A stretch of 64,000 nt of DNA from Eledone cirrhosa (GCA_964016885.1 OZ024743.1:168640001-168704000); one strand, 5' to 3'; positions 25,852-39,953 are shown, counted from the stretch's first letter. Made by a program: numbers and translations. The notes: a model not told the origin generated them from the letters alone.

Positions 25852-26308
25852 TATATAAAAACAGAAGATGGTTAAAGGAGTTCCATGTATTTTATTATGC
25901 GCATTTCAAAAAACAAACATCATCATGCAATAATATTTGTGTTTTCATCAGATAAAACAGTAGGACATGATATGAAGGCTAAAAAACACTTGTGGATAGT
26001 GCAGTTTTAAATCAACATATCCAGTTGTTGACGCCCTAGGGTGAAGTGGTATCTTGTCTTTAAAGCGTAGAAATATCCTAGACCCAGACAACTGATGAGG
26101 ACCCCCCCCCCCCTACTATACATATATATGTATATAAATATATGTTGATTTAAAACTTCACTATCCACAGATGTTTTTTAGCCTTCATATCATGTCCTCC
26201 TGTTTTATCTGATGAAAACACAAATATTATTGCATGATGATGTTTGTTTTTGAAATGCGCATAATAAAATACATGGAACTTCTTTAACCATCTTCTGTTC
26301 TTATATAT
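25852..26308. mobile_element. Fold-back mini-element with a hammerhead in each arm
   Basis: Arms about 25852-26020 and 26140-26308. HHR on minus at 25888-25959 and on plus at 26201-26271. Confidence 0.85.
26201..26271 (+). ncRNA. Minimal type-I hammerhead ribozyme
   Basis: TGTTTTAT-CTGATGA-long stem II-GAAA-TGCGCA-TA-ATAAAATA. Confidence 0.82.
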
Positions 26309-26345
<37 letters not shown>

Positions 26346-26511
26346 GTATATATACATATATATACACATATATATCTATATACATATATATATATTTATA
26401 TATATATATGCATATATATATGTACATATATATATATATGCATATATATATGTACATATATATATGTACATATATATATATATACATATATATATGTACA
26501 TATATATATGC

Positions 26512-26544
<33 letters not shown>

Positions 26545-26569
26545 TATATACATATATATGCATATATAT

Positions 26570-26620
<51 letters not shown>

Positions 26621-26690
26621 CACATATATATGTATACACATATACATATATATGTATATAAATATATATATGTGTGTGTGTGTCTGTTTG

Positions 26691-26830
26691 TGAGAGCACA
26701 TGGCTTAGTGGTTAGAGCATTGATTTAACAATCTGGAGTTCGATTCTCGCACCAGGTGATGCGTTGTATTTTTGAACAAGTCACTTTATTTCACGTTGCT
26801 CCACTTACTCAGTAGTAAAAATAAGTGGTA
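26691..26830 (+). mobile_element. tRNA-derived SINE, MetaSINE-like
   Basis: TGGCTTAGTGG A box, GTTCGATTC B box, then TTGAACAAGTCACTTTATTTCACGTTGCTCC resembling a Meta domain. Confidence 0.65.
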
Positions 26831-27839
26831 TCAACCACTCCTTGGGAGGGGTCATTGGTAAGCATGGGCAACTGCTGGTGTTTCACAAATAAATAAAAAG
26901 TTGTACTTCATTTTACTCTCGAACGCTGCTATCATGACTGTATATCTGTATGTGTGTGTTTGTGTAAATGTATATGTGTGAATGTGTGTTTGTGTAAATG
27001 TATATGTGTGGATGTATGTATGTGTTTGTGTGACAGTATGTGTATTTGTGTGTATGTATGTCTGTGAGCGTGTATTTTTGTAAGTTTGTATTTGCGCGAT
27101 TATAGTTATATACTCATACATATAGATGTATGTATCTGCACGTACACACACATACACGTCAGCGTGTTGTAAAAAATCCTAATCTCTTCATCTATCTCTT
27201 TCAATCTCTCTATATATATATCTGTCACTTAATCACTCTATCTATCTGTATCTCTCTCATCACTCACTCTATATCTTTCTCGCTGTCTATATATATGGTA
27301 GTTGAAGTGGTGGTGGTGGCGGCGATATACCGGAAGTGTAGAAATCTGAAACTTTGAAAAGAAATCAATTCTAAATAGGCAATAAAATTATTTATATTTA
27401 ATCAAGAGTTACGAAATTTAATACATAAATTCTGTAATATTAATTCATTATTTATTCAAAGTAATCCAACTTATTTTTCGTGGATTAAAAGAAATAAACC
27501 GTACGCTGTCCCGCACTCCTCTCTTTATTGTAGTATAGATTAAATGTGAATTGGTTAAATATTACCTATATAACTTTTTGCAAATTATATGCCACCCCCC
27601 TCCTCGCCCAACTGAAAAAAAAACAGTTATTGGAAACTATTTATTTATATAGTTTGTATTAATTATTTTCAATAAAAAAGCTTATATTAAGAAAAGTACT
27701 TTCAACGTATAAATAATGTAAATTCTTAATGACTATTATGAACTAAAAAAAAACTATGCAGGAACCTCACACGAAATACATGAACAGTGAACACCATAAA
27801 ATAAGCATTAATAGTATTTACTATTTAATTAAATGACCA

Positions 27840-29177
27840 GTGTCTTTTCCAGTTAAAGTGAGGTAAACTTTGTCTTGATTTCTGTATATTTAATATGAAT
27901 CTGTGCCTATTTTCGTAGCCTATTCTGACTTCAGAAGTTTTTGTTACTAAATTTGACAGCATGCTTGACTCTTTTGCTATGACAGGGAAGAGGAATTGCT
28001 CTTAATGGGCCTGAACAAGCTTTAAGAAGATCAACATTTGTAAAGTTCCGTAAAACTAGAGGGGATATTATAACTTCATTTTCCCAGTTAATCAAATCAA
28101 CATAATCCTGTGTTTCAAAATTAATTTTGCTGGGTAGTTGGAAATTTCTTAACTCTTCACGGGGCATTCGGGGAAAAGTTCTTGCTTTAATAATTCGCTG
28201 AATTGCTACTTCTCTAATTTGTCTTCTTCCATCATTCAGCATAGTCAGTAAAATATTCTCCGGATGGGCAAAATACGAATTAGTTTTCAACTCTTTCTCC
28301 ATAACTTATTTATGACCTTGGTTTATATCTTGCATTAAATGTGTCATATACCAAGAATTACTTGCTCCTTCATGTAACTTTGGGTGAGATTTAATCCAGA
28401 ACCAGCTTGGAGCATAAACTTACGTTATGATTTAAACAGTATCCATAATATTCTTTTGGGGATTTTTTTCCGAAACATATAGCAATTCTTTCACTTTAGT
28501 TTTTACTGGAGAAAATTTGATTATGTTTAAGATTGTTACATCGTCTTTCATTTTATTGCCAATTAAGCCTTTTGATGCTCATTGAACTCCTCTAGTTTCT
28601 TATCAACACTATCTTCTCTTTGCTTGATAGGTATTTTGTATAATTTATAAGCAGATTCAATCAATCTCTCAATTTTTAGAGCTATTCCCTCAATTTATGT
28701 AGGTAATTTTGTAAAATTATAATAAAATTTATCTCTGAAATAATCTGAAAAACAAAAGAAAATCTTTTAACAAATGTATACATTTTCTAAAAAAGAATTC
28801 GTGTAACTTATATTGAAAAGTTGTAATTTTATAATGCTGGAGGGGTACCTTCCTACCAATTGTCTTATATCTCAATGTTTTTGCTATCTTTACTCATCAG
28901 ATGTTTTAAACAAGGTTTCTACGGGGAAATATGATCAAATGTTTCATATCCATAAGAAATTTAGTATATATGTGTTAGAGATTATATGATTAATATATAA
29001 AATTAGGGTATTTAATTGCGGGGGCTATATGCGAGGGGTACGTGGGGTCACAAACCCTAATTTTCGTATATTCTAAATATACTATTAAAATACTATTGAA
29101 ATACTATTTGAAACTCTGTGCATACGGTGGAATTGAGGTTCCTTAAAAACGGTTATGTTTGACCCCATCCCCCTAAT
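27840..29177 (-). mobile_element. Degenerate DNA transposon, hAT/hATm-like transposase relic
   Basis: ORF 27931-28302 contains NSYFAHPENILLTML and LPCHSKRVKHAVK (degenerate CHTQAVERCVK). Possible TTAGGG terminus at 29177. Superfamily assignment is from memory. Confidence 0.5.
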
Positions 29178-29187
29178 ATATATATAT

Positions 29188-29401
29188 AGTGGTGGAACAC
29201 TGGAAGGTAATATACTTAGTGGTAGAGCACTCAGTCCAAGGGACAAGTTAGGTAGAAGTGGTTACACAACAGTTAGTTCACCATACCGAGAACAATTGTT
29301 TCACCTTCGCGGATCTTCATATAACCATACACATCCCGAGCTGAAGATCCGCGAAGGTGAAACAATTGTTCTCGGTATGGTGAACTAACTGTTGTGTAAC
29401 C

Positions 29402-29405
<4 letters not shown>
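29188..29405. mobile_element. Fold-back mini-element, CAATTG hammerhead family, in (TA)n
   Basis: Arms about 29260-29319 and 29342-29401, with a unique tail at 29188-29259. Confidence 0.85.
29336..29375 (+). ncRNA. Minimal type-I hammerhead ribozyme
   Basis: CCGAG-CTGAAGA-TCCGCGAAGGT-GAAA-CAATTG-TT-CTCGG. Confidence 0.8.
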
Positions 29406-29456
<51 letters not shown>

Positions 29457-29459
<3 letters not shown>

Positions 29460-29890
29460 AATGAATAATAACAGGTAGACATCATAAAAAGGTAATTTAT
29501 TCCGTGTGTTTACAAATGTTTCCACGGTGGTACTACAGCCTAGTTATGCTATGTGCAAATTTACAACTATTTGCAGAACTCAAATATCCAATGCTGTGAC
29601 CACTGTATCCTCACAGCATTGGATATTTGAGTTCTGCAAATAGTTGTAAATTTGCACATAGCATAACTAGGCTGTAGTACCACCGTGGAAACATTTGTAA
29701 GCACACGGAATAAATTACCTTTTTATGATGTCTACCTGTTATTATTCATTCTTATATACACTCCGGAATACAGAAGAATCAGGAACTAAGTTTCTTCAAC
29801 AATTCTTCCATAACTCGTAGAGTAACCTCTCACCGTACGTCAACCATATCCATTGTAGTAATTAACCATTACTACATCTAGGATAATCCT
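29457..29890. mobile_element. Fold-back mini-element (143-bp arms, 11-nt loop) plus tail
   Basis: Arms 29457-29599 and 29611-29753 with one mismatch seen. Only the 3' hammerhead half (GAAA-CATTTG-TA) is present. Confidence 0.8.
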
Positions 29891-29894
29891 ATAC

Positions 29895-30001
<107 letters not shown>

Positions 30002-30557
30002 GTACGAAACCAAAATTTCGGGTTTTGAAGCGTTGAGAATATATGTATGCATATATGTATAAAGAAAATAATTTTCTCAAGCTCAGAAATGCTATAAAAT
30101 AGGATAAAGACCTTTAAAACACGGAAAAGGAATTTGCCATTGTCCGCTATAAGGAAATGAATCCCGTATCTCCCAGATACAGACCGATGGCAACTTCATT
30201 TTCCGTCTTCTTGTAACCACCTTTCGTTCTATAATACAGAGCTGGTTATTTTGTTATGTTAACATTTATCTAAAAATGACGCATCATAATTTTATGTAAA
30301 CATTTTTATGCTACGCTCTAAACACCCGTTTAATAATGAGAAAATTAGTTATGTTACAAAATCTTACCAATTTTACCTTGTAAGTTATTTTCACAACGAT
30401 TTAAACATTTTTATAATTAGAAATAAGGTAATGAAAGATTAAATCAATTTAGTCCATTTCAAGTTCATCAATGTAACATTTTAAACTATTATTATTATTA
30501 TTATATATAATGCACTGGGTAATTGCTGACCTTGTGCCAAAACTAAAAACAATTATT

Positions 30558-31077
30558 ATTGTTCTTTGAGTCCCAGTCATTGATGTTAGTTAACTGGAAA
30601 GTTTGTTGAAATGAATATCAAGCCACTACCTGCAGCCTCAGATATTCAGGACGTATCGGAGGGTTCTTGCTGTTCCCAGCAAGCATGCCTTTTGAAGCGT
30701 TCCAAAAAGCGTGGCGGGGGCAATTTTCTTTAACCATCCCTGGAAACTTTTTGAGATAGTACCTAGTGCGCCTATGACAATTGGGACCACTTTGACTTCA
30801 TGGCAGTTCCAAATCCTTTTTACCTCCCACTTTAAGTCCTGGTATCGATTAATTTTCTCCCTCTCCTTCTCTTGCACTCTCGTGTCGAATGGGCAGGCCA
30901 CATCCACAATCATACACGATCTTTTTTCCTTGTCCAAAACCACCAGGGCAGGTCTATTGTGTTCCAGTTTCTTGTCCGTCTATATCCTAAAATCTCACAG
31001 CACCTTCACCTGATCGTTTTCTATCACCGTCTCTGGCTTATTCTCATACCACTTCTCGGAATGTGGTAAATTGTTTA
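30558..31077 (-). mobile_element. R4/Dong-like family A 3' fragment
   Basis: RLE ORF 30638-30943 and 3' UTR ending in (TAA). Confidence 0.9.
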
Positions 31078-31114
31078 ATTGCATAGTGCCAGTATTATTA
31101 TTATTTTTATTATT

Positions 31115-31244
31115 ATTTTCTTTGTTATTTTATTTCATCCTCTGTTTTTTTTACGCGCAGAAATGCCCATTTGTACCGTCCTGTATTGTCCTGTACTGTC
31201 CTTAATGTCTACTTTATGTAAACCCTTGTGGTTAATAAAGAAAA

Positions 31245-31248
<4 letters not shown>
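31115..31248 (+). mobile_element. Tx1-like LINE 3' end fragment followed by (ATT)n
   Basis: Reverse complement of 14633-14765. Confidence 0.85.
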
Positions 31249-31282
<34 letters not shown>

Positions 31283-31310
31283 TATTATTATTGGTATTAT
31301 TATTATTATA

Positions 31311-31488
31311 TAAGGGCGGTGGATTGGCAGTATCGGTAGAGGGTCGGACTCCATGATTTGAGGCATAGAGTTACGGCCCTTGCCATTCTGAGTTCAAATC
31401 CCGCCTTTCATCCTTACGGGGTCGATAAAATAAAGTACCAGTAATGCACTGGGTAATTGTTGGCCTTGTGCAAAAGGTAGAAACAATT
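31311..31488 (+). mobile_element. tRNA-derived Deu/Nin-core SINE
   Basis: A and B boxes plus core, with a small internal deletion. Confidence 0.88.
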
Positions 31489-31494
31489 ATTATT

Positions 31495-31700
31495 ATTGGT
31501 TATTAGTGTGATCAGATGTGATTTTGCTCGCTCCCGTAAGTCTCTTTATTTACCTGTTATAAATCATTTATTGTAAATTTTTGTTGTCATCAAAGGGACA
31601 TAAGCCCTTGGTCTTTGCCCTGTAAAGGGGAAACTATAATATTTGGGCCTTTTGGCTCGAATATTTGAACTTTGTTTAAAACAAAATATAATTTTAAGAC
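31495..31700 (+). mobile_element. Probable Tx1-like 5' UTR fragment
   Basis: CGCTCCCGTAA, AAATCATTT and GGCTC.AATATT shared with the reverse complement of 4100-4260. Confidence 0.45.
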
Positions 31701-31792
31701 TAGTGTTAAGAGCCCCTCCCTGGTATTTCAAGCATTAACCTAATATATTCCTTACATATACTGTACCGATTGTGTTGTTATTTCTGTTTAAG

Positions 31793-31941
<149 letters not shown>

Positions 31942-32180
31942 AATGTATAAGCACCTATATACTTACATATATATATATATACGTATACCTATATATATAT
32001 ATTCATATATATACCTATATATATACACAGCTATACATACATTATATATATATATATTAATATATATATATAATATATATATATAATATATATATATATA
32101 TTATATATGTATATATATTATATATATATATATATAATATACATATAATATATGTATATATATATATATTATATATATAT

Positions 32181-32607
32181 ATCAACGATATTAATAAATG
32201 GAAACTATATTTATAAAACCATATTTATTCTATTATATATATTTCAAGGGTACCAAAACTTTGGTACTATTTCATCAGATAAAATACAAAGTTTGTTTTA
32301 TAAATATTGACGTATCCGGGAATGAGTCCTCAACGGTTCAAGTTTCACCTATCCAGATGAAACTTGAACCTTTAAGGTCTCCACCTGGATATGTCAATAT
32401 TTATAAAACAAACTTTGTATTTTATCTGATGAGAGCGTAGCAAAGTTTTGGTACCCTTGAAATATATATAATAGAATAAATATGGTTTTATAAATATAGT
32501 TTCCATTTATTAATATCATTGATATTATTCTCCAGAAAACATGTCGAGTGCTTCGAATCTGTTCTAAATATATTTGTTGAATTAACACCAAATTAAATAT
32601 CCCTTTG

Positions 32608-32610
<3 letters not shown>
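32181..32610. mobile_element. Fold-back mini-element with a hammerhead in each arm plus tail
   Basis: Palindrome 32181-32523 and tail 32524-32610. HHR on minus at 32226-32286 and on plus at 32418-32478. (TA)n flanks. Confidence 0.88.
32418..32478 (+). ncRNA. Minimal type-I hammerhead ribozyme
   Basis: TATTTTAT-CTGATGA-GAGCGTAGCAAAG..TTTGGTACCCTT-GAAA-TATATA-TA-ATAGAATA. Confidence 0.8.
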
Positions 32611-32653
<43 letters not shown>

Positions 32654-32709
32654 TATATGTATATATATATATATACATATATATATATTAGAATATAAAT
32701 ATTAATAAA

Positions 32710-32786
<77 letters not shown>

Positions 32787-32874
32787 TATATATAATATAT
32801 ATATACATATAATATATATACATATATATATATATATAATATATATATATACATATAATATATATTACATATAT

Positions 32875-33060
32875 GTGGATTGGCAGTATCGGTAGAGGGT
32901 CTGACGCCATGCTTTGACGCACAGAGTTATGGCCCTTGCCATTCTGAGTTCAAAATCCCGCCGAGTTTAACTTGGCGTTTCATCCTTACTGGGTCGATAA
33001 AATAAAGTACCAGTAATGCACTGGGCAATTGCTTACCTTGTGCCATAAGTAGAAACAATT
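32875..33060 (+). mobile_element. tRNA-derived Deu/Nin-core SINE
   Basis: Matches the SINE consensus. Confidence 0.88.
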
Positions 33061-33298
33061 ATATATATATATATAATATATATATAAATGAAAATAGAGA
33101 AATTAATATAAGCTAAAGGCCAGCAATAATTCAGACACATATATAATATATATACTTATAATATATTAAATATATATATATATATAATATACATATAATA
33201 TATATATATATATATAATATATATACACACACATATATATATATATGTAATATATATACATATAATATATATATATAATATATATTAAATATATATAT

Positions 33299-33360
33299 TA
33301 CTCTTTTACCTCTTTTACCTATTTCAGCCATCCGGCTGAGGCCATGCTGGGGCACCGCCC
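33299..33360 (-). mobile_element. CR1-type LINE/SINE 3' tail fragment
   Basis: GGGCGGTGCCCCAGCATGG...GGTAAAAGA, resembling the 3' end at 42872-42910. Confidence 0.6.
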
Positions 33361-33633
33361 TATATATTATATATATATAATATATATTATATGTTTATAT
33401 ATTATATGTATATATATTATACATATATATATATATATATATATATAGTGGTGGAACACTCTTGAAATAATCGTTCTCGGTATTGTGAACTAACTGTTGT
33501 GTAACCACTTCTATATATATATATATATAATATAATATAATATATTATATGTATATATATATATATTATATACTATATATATACATATATATATATATAT
33601 ATTTATACATATAATATATTATATATATATATA

Positions 33634-33818
33634 ATTGTTTCTACTTTTGGCACAAGGCCAGCAATTACCCAGTGCATTACTGGTACTTTATTTTATCGAC
33701 CCCGTAAGGATGAAAGGCAAAATTAACCTCGGCGGGATTTGAACTCAGATCGTAAAGGGACGTAACTATGCTGGAAAGCATGGCGTCCGACCCTCTACCG
33801 ATACTGCCAATCCACCGC
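33634..33818 (-). mobile_element. tRNA-derived Deu/Nin-core SINE
   Basis: Full-length consensus match. Confidence 0.9.
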
Positions 33819-34388
33819 ATATATATTATATATATATATATAATACATATTATATGTATATATTATATATATATATTATATATATCATATGTATATATAT
33901 TATGTGTACATATATATTATATATATTATATTTATATATATTATATAGATATACATACATAATATATATTATATGTATATATATTATATATATATATATA
34001 ATATATATTATATGTATATATATTATATATATATATATTTATATATATAATATATTATATGTATGTATATATATATATATTTATATATATAATATATTAT
34101 ATGTATGTATATATTTATATATATATATAAATGTAATCTGACTTTTTCGAATATTAATAACATTCTGTTCGTTTGCAATTATGCAAACATGCCTCAATTT
34201 TATAGCTATGTTAGTAGAATGAATACTTCATTCTTGCTCTTGTGTTGGCATGTGAACAGAACTGTAGACACTAATGTATCTGGGTATCACCCTTCATCAG
34301 TACAGCTCACTGTTCACCTGCCAAACTGTCAGAGCTAGTGAAAATATATGGTATTTTCAATATATATATATATAATATATTATATGTA

Positions 34389-34426
<38 letters not shown>

Positions 34427-34566
34427 TTATATATATATATATAATATATATTATATGTATATATATTATATGTATATATATATATTTATATATATATATA
34501 TACAGCTATATATATATACATTATTAATATATATAAATGTGTGTGTGCTCTGTCTTTCTTTTGTAG

Positions 34567-37500
34567 ATTTGCAACAGTTTAATAGGAAGCAAAAAGTGTC
34601 CTCTCGGGACGACTCAAGCCCCAGCAGTAGGTGCAGTTCAGAATGCGGACCTTCACCACACGATACCTTTAGATTTTTCGAAACTCTATTCCATCAGTGG
34701 TAATCATCCTCTAAGTAGCACCACCGAAAACCTGCCCGCTCCTCCCAAGAAAACACTAAACGACGGAGCTCATATCACTGGCTCTGTTATAGCTGTTGAC
34801 AGTCAACAGCAGCAGTTTGAGACTGAAAATGTTTTGGCATTCATTCCGAGTAAGACACGCCCTAATAACAGCCACAATAACAATATCATCAACAGTAGTA
34901 GTAGGAGTCATAACAATAACACTAACAGCAGCAGTAGCTGTAGTAGTAAGTGTAACAGCGCTCAGTGCGAGAATATTACCTGCGACAGGCAGGAAGTATT
35001 GGATGGGCGACGAAACCATGTTTACGACGACAGAGCGCCCGATCGGTTAGATGCGGAGGAGTCAGTATCAACTCTGGCGATTCCTTTACACAAATCGACT
35101 GAGCTTCTATATGAGACTGCCCCCACAAATAGTGACAATAACAACAACCGCCACAACCAAGTACAAGTAGATCAACATCAAAGTCTGTTACAACAGCAAA
35201 TCAATCATCATCAACATCACCATCAACAGCAATCTCAGCATCACAATCATCATCATCAACACCAATTGAGCGATAGCTTGCTAGATTCGTTACACCTGGA
35301 CTCTGTTAACTCGTCGATACCGCCTCCACCATTATCAGAAACAGTTACATCGGGACTCGGAATTATTAGTACTGTCAACAATGGCAGTTGTCAGGACATT
35401 ACGGTGGGTGTGAACCACATCACTAATAATATTAATACAACAACTAATATCAATAACAAAAATTACATTAGTGTCGAAAAAACGAAAACAACTAACACTA
35501 CTACTATTCCGACAAGTAATACAATTATCAGGATTAACACCAACACTGCTACGACCAATAACAACAACAACGACGAGAAAAACGCTAACCATGATATAGA
35601 AGCTTTACTACCGAGTGATGCTGTAACGGCCGAGTCGCAACTATTGTCTAACCTCCATCATTCTCTGTCACGCACCTCTTGTCCATCTTTGTCGGACGAT
35701 ACCATTGCTGTGTCCACTCAGGCTAGTGTCAACAAAGGATTAATAGAAGCACTCTCTGCTAAAATTCGTCAACGAATGAACGACAATATTAACACTGCGC
35801 CTTCTTCTTCTTCTTCTTCTTCTTCTTCTTCTTCTTCTTCTTCTTCTTCTTCTTCTTCTACTACTACAACAACTTCTACCGTTACTAATTCTACTGCTGC
35901 TACCACTACTACTACTAATACTACTGCTATTACTACTTCCTCACCAACTTCACCACCACCTTCTCCTCCACCTTCGACTGCTACTGACATTTCTTCCGCT
36001 ATTACTACCTCCACGACTCCATCTTCTTCTCCTCCTCCTCCTCCTCCTCCTCCTCCTCCTCCTCCTCTTCCTCCAGTCTCTATTTCTGCTTCCATTTCCC
36101 CTTCAACTTCATCTGTCTCTTGCTCTACTTCATCCTGCCCCCTTTCTTCTTCTTCTTCTTCTTCTTCTTCTTCTTCTTCTTCTTCTTCTTCTTCTTCTTC
36201 TTCTTCTTCTTCTGCCACCCCCGCCTTGCCGTCTGCTTTTTCTTCGACTTGTTCTACAACATTAAGTTCAACATCACCGAATTCTACTGGTGTAACCGGT
36301 ACGACCAACACCACAATCGGAACAAGCAAAAACGACAACAATAACATTATCCTTAACAACAACAACAACAACAACAAAAGCAGCACCAACACCAACAATA
36401 ACAACAACAATAGAATTAGCGCCCCAACAGTCAACGTCTCAATAGTAGAGACCCATCAGAGCAATAATTTTAAACTTAATAACAGTAACAACAAGAACAA
36501 TTATAATAACGATAGCTACAACAACAGCAACAGCCACCAGCAAAACCTTCAGCCCCACCACAACAAAAACCACAACAACAACGAGGAGGGAGAGGAAAAT
36601 GTGGTCGAAGGAAGTAGCAACAATTGTGGGAGTTTGTTAGCAGTTATCGCGGCGGCTTCAGCAGTGACTTCACTAGAGTCACCTCCTCACCATTTCCAAC
36701 AAGTACACAACGATTCCATTTCTGTACTCTCTGACCACCATCCCAACATGGTAATGGTTGACGCATCATTGCATCAACATGGCGTTGACGAAAGCCAACA
36801 CCACAACCAACACCACCGCCAGCAACAACAGCAGGTCAGTCAATTGTACAATTTGGATAGTCTTGACCACACCAACCGACGCCATTATGTGAAACAGGAG
36901 AGTTTTCTTGATGAATTCGGTGGTAGTGGCAATAGTACCAATACTTGCAGCGACCTCGCAACAGCTTTCGACCCTCACCAGTTGAACTCATTGCCTCCAG
37001 TCAGTTCTACAGCGCTGATGACTGCTGCATCGACACATCCCGGAAGTATAGACGCTGGTGGTGGAGGTGGGGGTGATGGAGGTGGCGGGAGAGGCGCCGG
37101 TGGTGCAGGTGGAGGTATGGTTAATGGAAATACAAGTGCTGTCAACGGAGGTCTGATCACCAATTCACAGGGTCAATGTTTACAAGTACTACAGACAGTT
37201 CAGGTGCAGCAACAACAACAGCAGCAACAGCATCACACTGCAACTGCACACAGTCTCCAACTGCAACAACAGCAACAACAGCAGCAACAACAACAACAAC
37301 ACCAACTGCAACAACAACAGCGTGCAGCCGGATTAAACAATAGTTACCAAAGTAACGATGCTTATTTTAATAACTTTTTCGGTCGGTCTCCACTGGATGT
37401 TAGCAGTCAAGGGTCACCTTACGAGACCAGGGATCTCATGAATCGCCTAATGATGCAACCGGCACATTACTTCAGTGACCAGACAATGTATTCACAAACT

Positions 37501-37578
37501 CTCTATGGCAACAGCCTCCAGTCCCCGGACAGTGGATACCATGAATGCATGTCACCAACAGATGTGAACACAAATACG
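34567..37578 (+). CDS. Internal coding exon (1004 codons, phase 0-0) of a host gene: low-complexity region of a probable transcription factor, possibly Grainyhead-like
   Basis: Polypyrimidine tract and TAG acceptor end at 34566. The frame is open from the first exon base (ICNSLIGSKK...) to the donor G|GTAAGA at 37578/9. In-frame poly-S/N/Q/P/H/G runs. Motifs PLDFS, VKQE and LQSPDSGYHECMSP. Gene identity is a guess from the SPDSG motif only. Confidence 0.8.
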
Positions 37579-37948
37579 GTAAGAGCACACATTTTGTTGC
37601 TTTGTGAAACTTAAGTGTTATTTTTCATTTGTTTTATTTATATTTGATTAATGTGAACAAAGGTGTTGTATGCATCATGATAAGGGACTCGCCGAGTACA
37701 TGAAAATCGATACAAGTTCCTGTTCATATATATATGTGTGTGTGTGTTAGTTAAGTGTGTAACTACATTTAATGATGGTGCACAGTTCGAAGCAGCAGCT
37801 GCTCTTACGAGTTGTATTCCAGAGTGAAAGTTGGCTGTAGAGTATATATATGTATATGTATGTATATTCTAATTGTGTAGAACACATGTAATGTATGGAT
37901 ATTTTTTATTAACTTTCACCAAACGATTCCATCTTGTGCTATTTCAAA

Positions 37949-38008
<60 letters not shown>

Positions 38009-38110
38009 TTTGAAATATATATATATATATGATGGATAATCCTAACTTCAATTTCTAATTTTTAATTTTTCATTATACTTATTTGCAACAACACAGTTCG
38101 CCATTTTTCA

Positions 38111-38149
<39 letters not shown>

Positions 38150-38343
38150 ATATTGTTATACTTGGGGAGGGTCATATTGTTATAATATTGCCAATATATA
38201 TTTATATATATAAGTAGAAGTAGTAATTCAACAGTTAGTTCACACTAACTGCTGTGTTACTACTTCTACTTCTACCAAACTCGTCCCGTGGGCTAAGTGC
38301 TGTACCACTACGGATATTACCTTCCAGTGTTCTACGTCTCTCC

Positions 38344-38402
<59 letters not shown>

Positions 38403-38711
38403 CGCGCGCACGTGTGTGTGCGTGAATTAATTTACTCTAAATTACATTATCGCATCAAAACACTCACTAATTATAATTTATTAATTCAATTAGAAATACA
38501 TTATTTATGCAAAGCGGATTGTATGATTTACTGAGGCCTCAAACCTCGTAGCGAGAAAAGCAATATATCTGGAGAGTGTGACAGGCAAAATATGAGTTTC
38601 TGAAGCGATCCTCAAATTGACTGAAACCAATTAGAGCAATAACTGTTTTTCTATGCAGAAAGTTGTTTACTGTACTGTCGAGTGTACTTAATTAATTTTT
38701 CTTTTTCGTGC

Positions 38712-38846
38712 AGTGTCGGCTAAATGCTTACATTTACGTTCCTTTACGGTCTGGATTCAAATCCCGCTGAGGTTAACTTTGTCCTTCATCCTTACGAGGT
38801 CTATAAAATAAAGCACCAATAATGCACTGGGGTAATTTCTGGCCTT
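38712..38846 (+). mobile_element. Degenerate Deu/Nin-core SINE
   Basis: TTCAAATCCCGC, CTTCATCCTTACGAGGTC and TAATGCACTGGG. Confidence 0.75.
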
Positions 38847-38893
38847 TATATTTATATATATATATATATAATATATGCGTATGAATAAATAAG

Positions 38894-38940
<47 letters not shown>

Positions 38941-39089
38941 GTATATATAATGGATATTATATGAATATGAATATATACATATACATATATATTATATTAT
39001 ACAGCTCAGAAAAACCTCTTTCTTTGAGCTATTTAATTGTGGGACTATTTTGAGGTTCTAACTCAATATATAACTTAGGTATATACCTT

Positions 39090-39167
<78 letters not shown>

Positions 39168-39169
<2 letters not shown>

Positions 39170-39330
39170 GTAGGTCCGGGTTGAGTCGGGGATAACCCCC
39201 AGCCACCACCCCTCCCTTACCACTACCTAAATATATAAATACCAGAACTTAATATGACACCCAGCTTCCTGAAGATTTCATCTGAATGAAACAGTACTAG
39301 TCCTGTAGAAGCTCCTTCTATAAAATAAAA
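39168..39330 (+). mobile_element. PLE-terminus mini-element with hammerhead (39263-39313)
   Basis: AGCTTC-CTGAAGA-TTTCATCTGAAT-GAAA-CAG(TACTAGTC)CTG-TA-GAAGCT. Same family as 55963-56160, with the inverted tail at 39168-39198. Confidence 0.72.
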
Positions 39331-39332
39331 TA

Positions 39333-39387
<55 letters not shown>

Positions 39388-39434
39388 ATATATTTATCCT
39401 TATCGAACCCTCTTTGGATTTTAGTCTTCAAATC

Positions 39435-39509
<75 letters not shown>

Positions 39510-39584
39510 GTTTTAATATGTATATATATACATATATATATATGTTTATATATATATATAAATACATATATATATATATATGTT

Positions 39585-39617
<33 letters not shown>

Positions 39618-39664
39618 GTTTATATATATATATATACATATGTATATATATATGTATAAATATA

Positions 39665-39779
<115 letters not shown>

Positions 39780-39905
39780 TATATGTATACATATATATAT
39801 ATACATATGTATATATATATATAAACATATATATATATATATAGGTATTTATATATGTATATAAACATATATATATATGTATATATATATATATGTATAA
39901 ACATG

Positions 39906-39953
<48 letters not shown>

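Noticed and set aside
26090-26113. CTGATGAGG as an extra hammerhead
   Set aside because: No stem II or GAAA follows, and the source copy at about 25012 reads CTGATTAGG.
35769-36434. Minus-strand poly-Glu/Gly/Leu ORF
   Set aside because: Antisense of the TCT/CCT/AAC repeats in the plus-strand exon. Splice signals support only the plus strand.
37675-37720. Degenerate hammerhead-like motif just downstream of the exon (ATGATAA..GAAA-ATCGAT)
   Set aside because: Core is mutated, and there is no UH site or stem I pairing. At most a relic.
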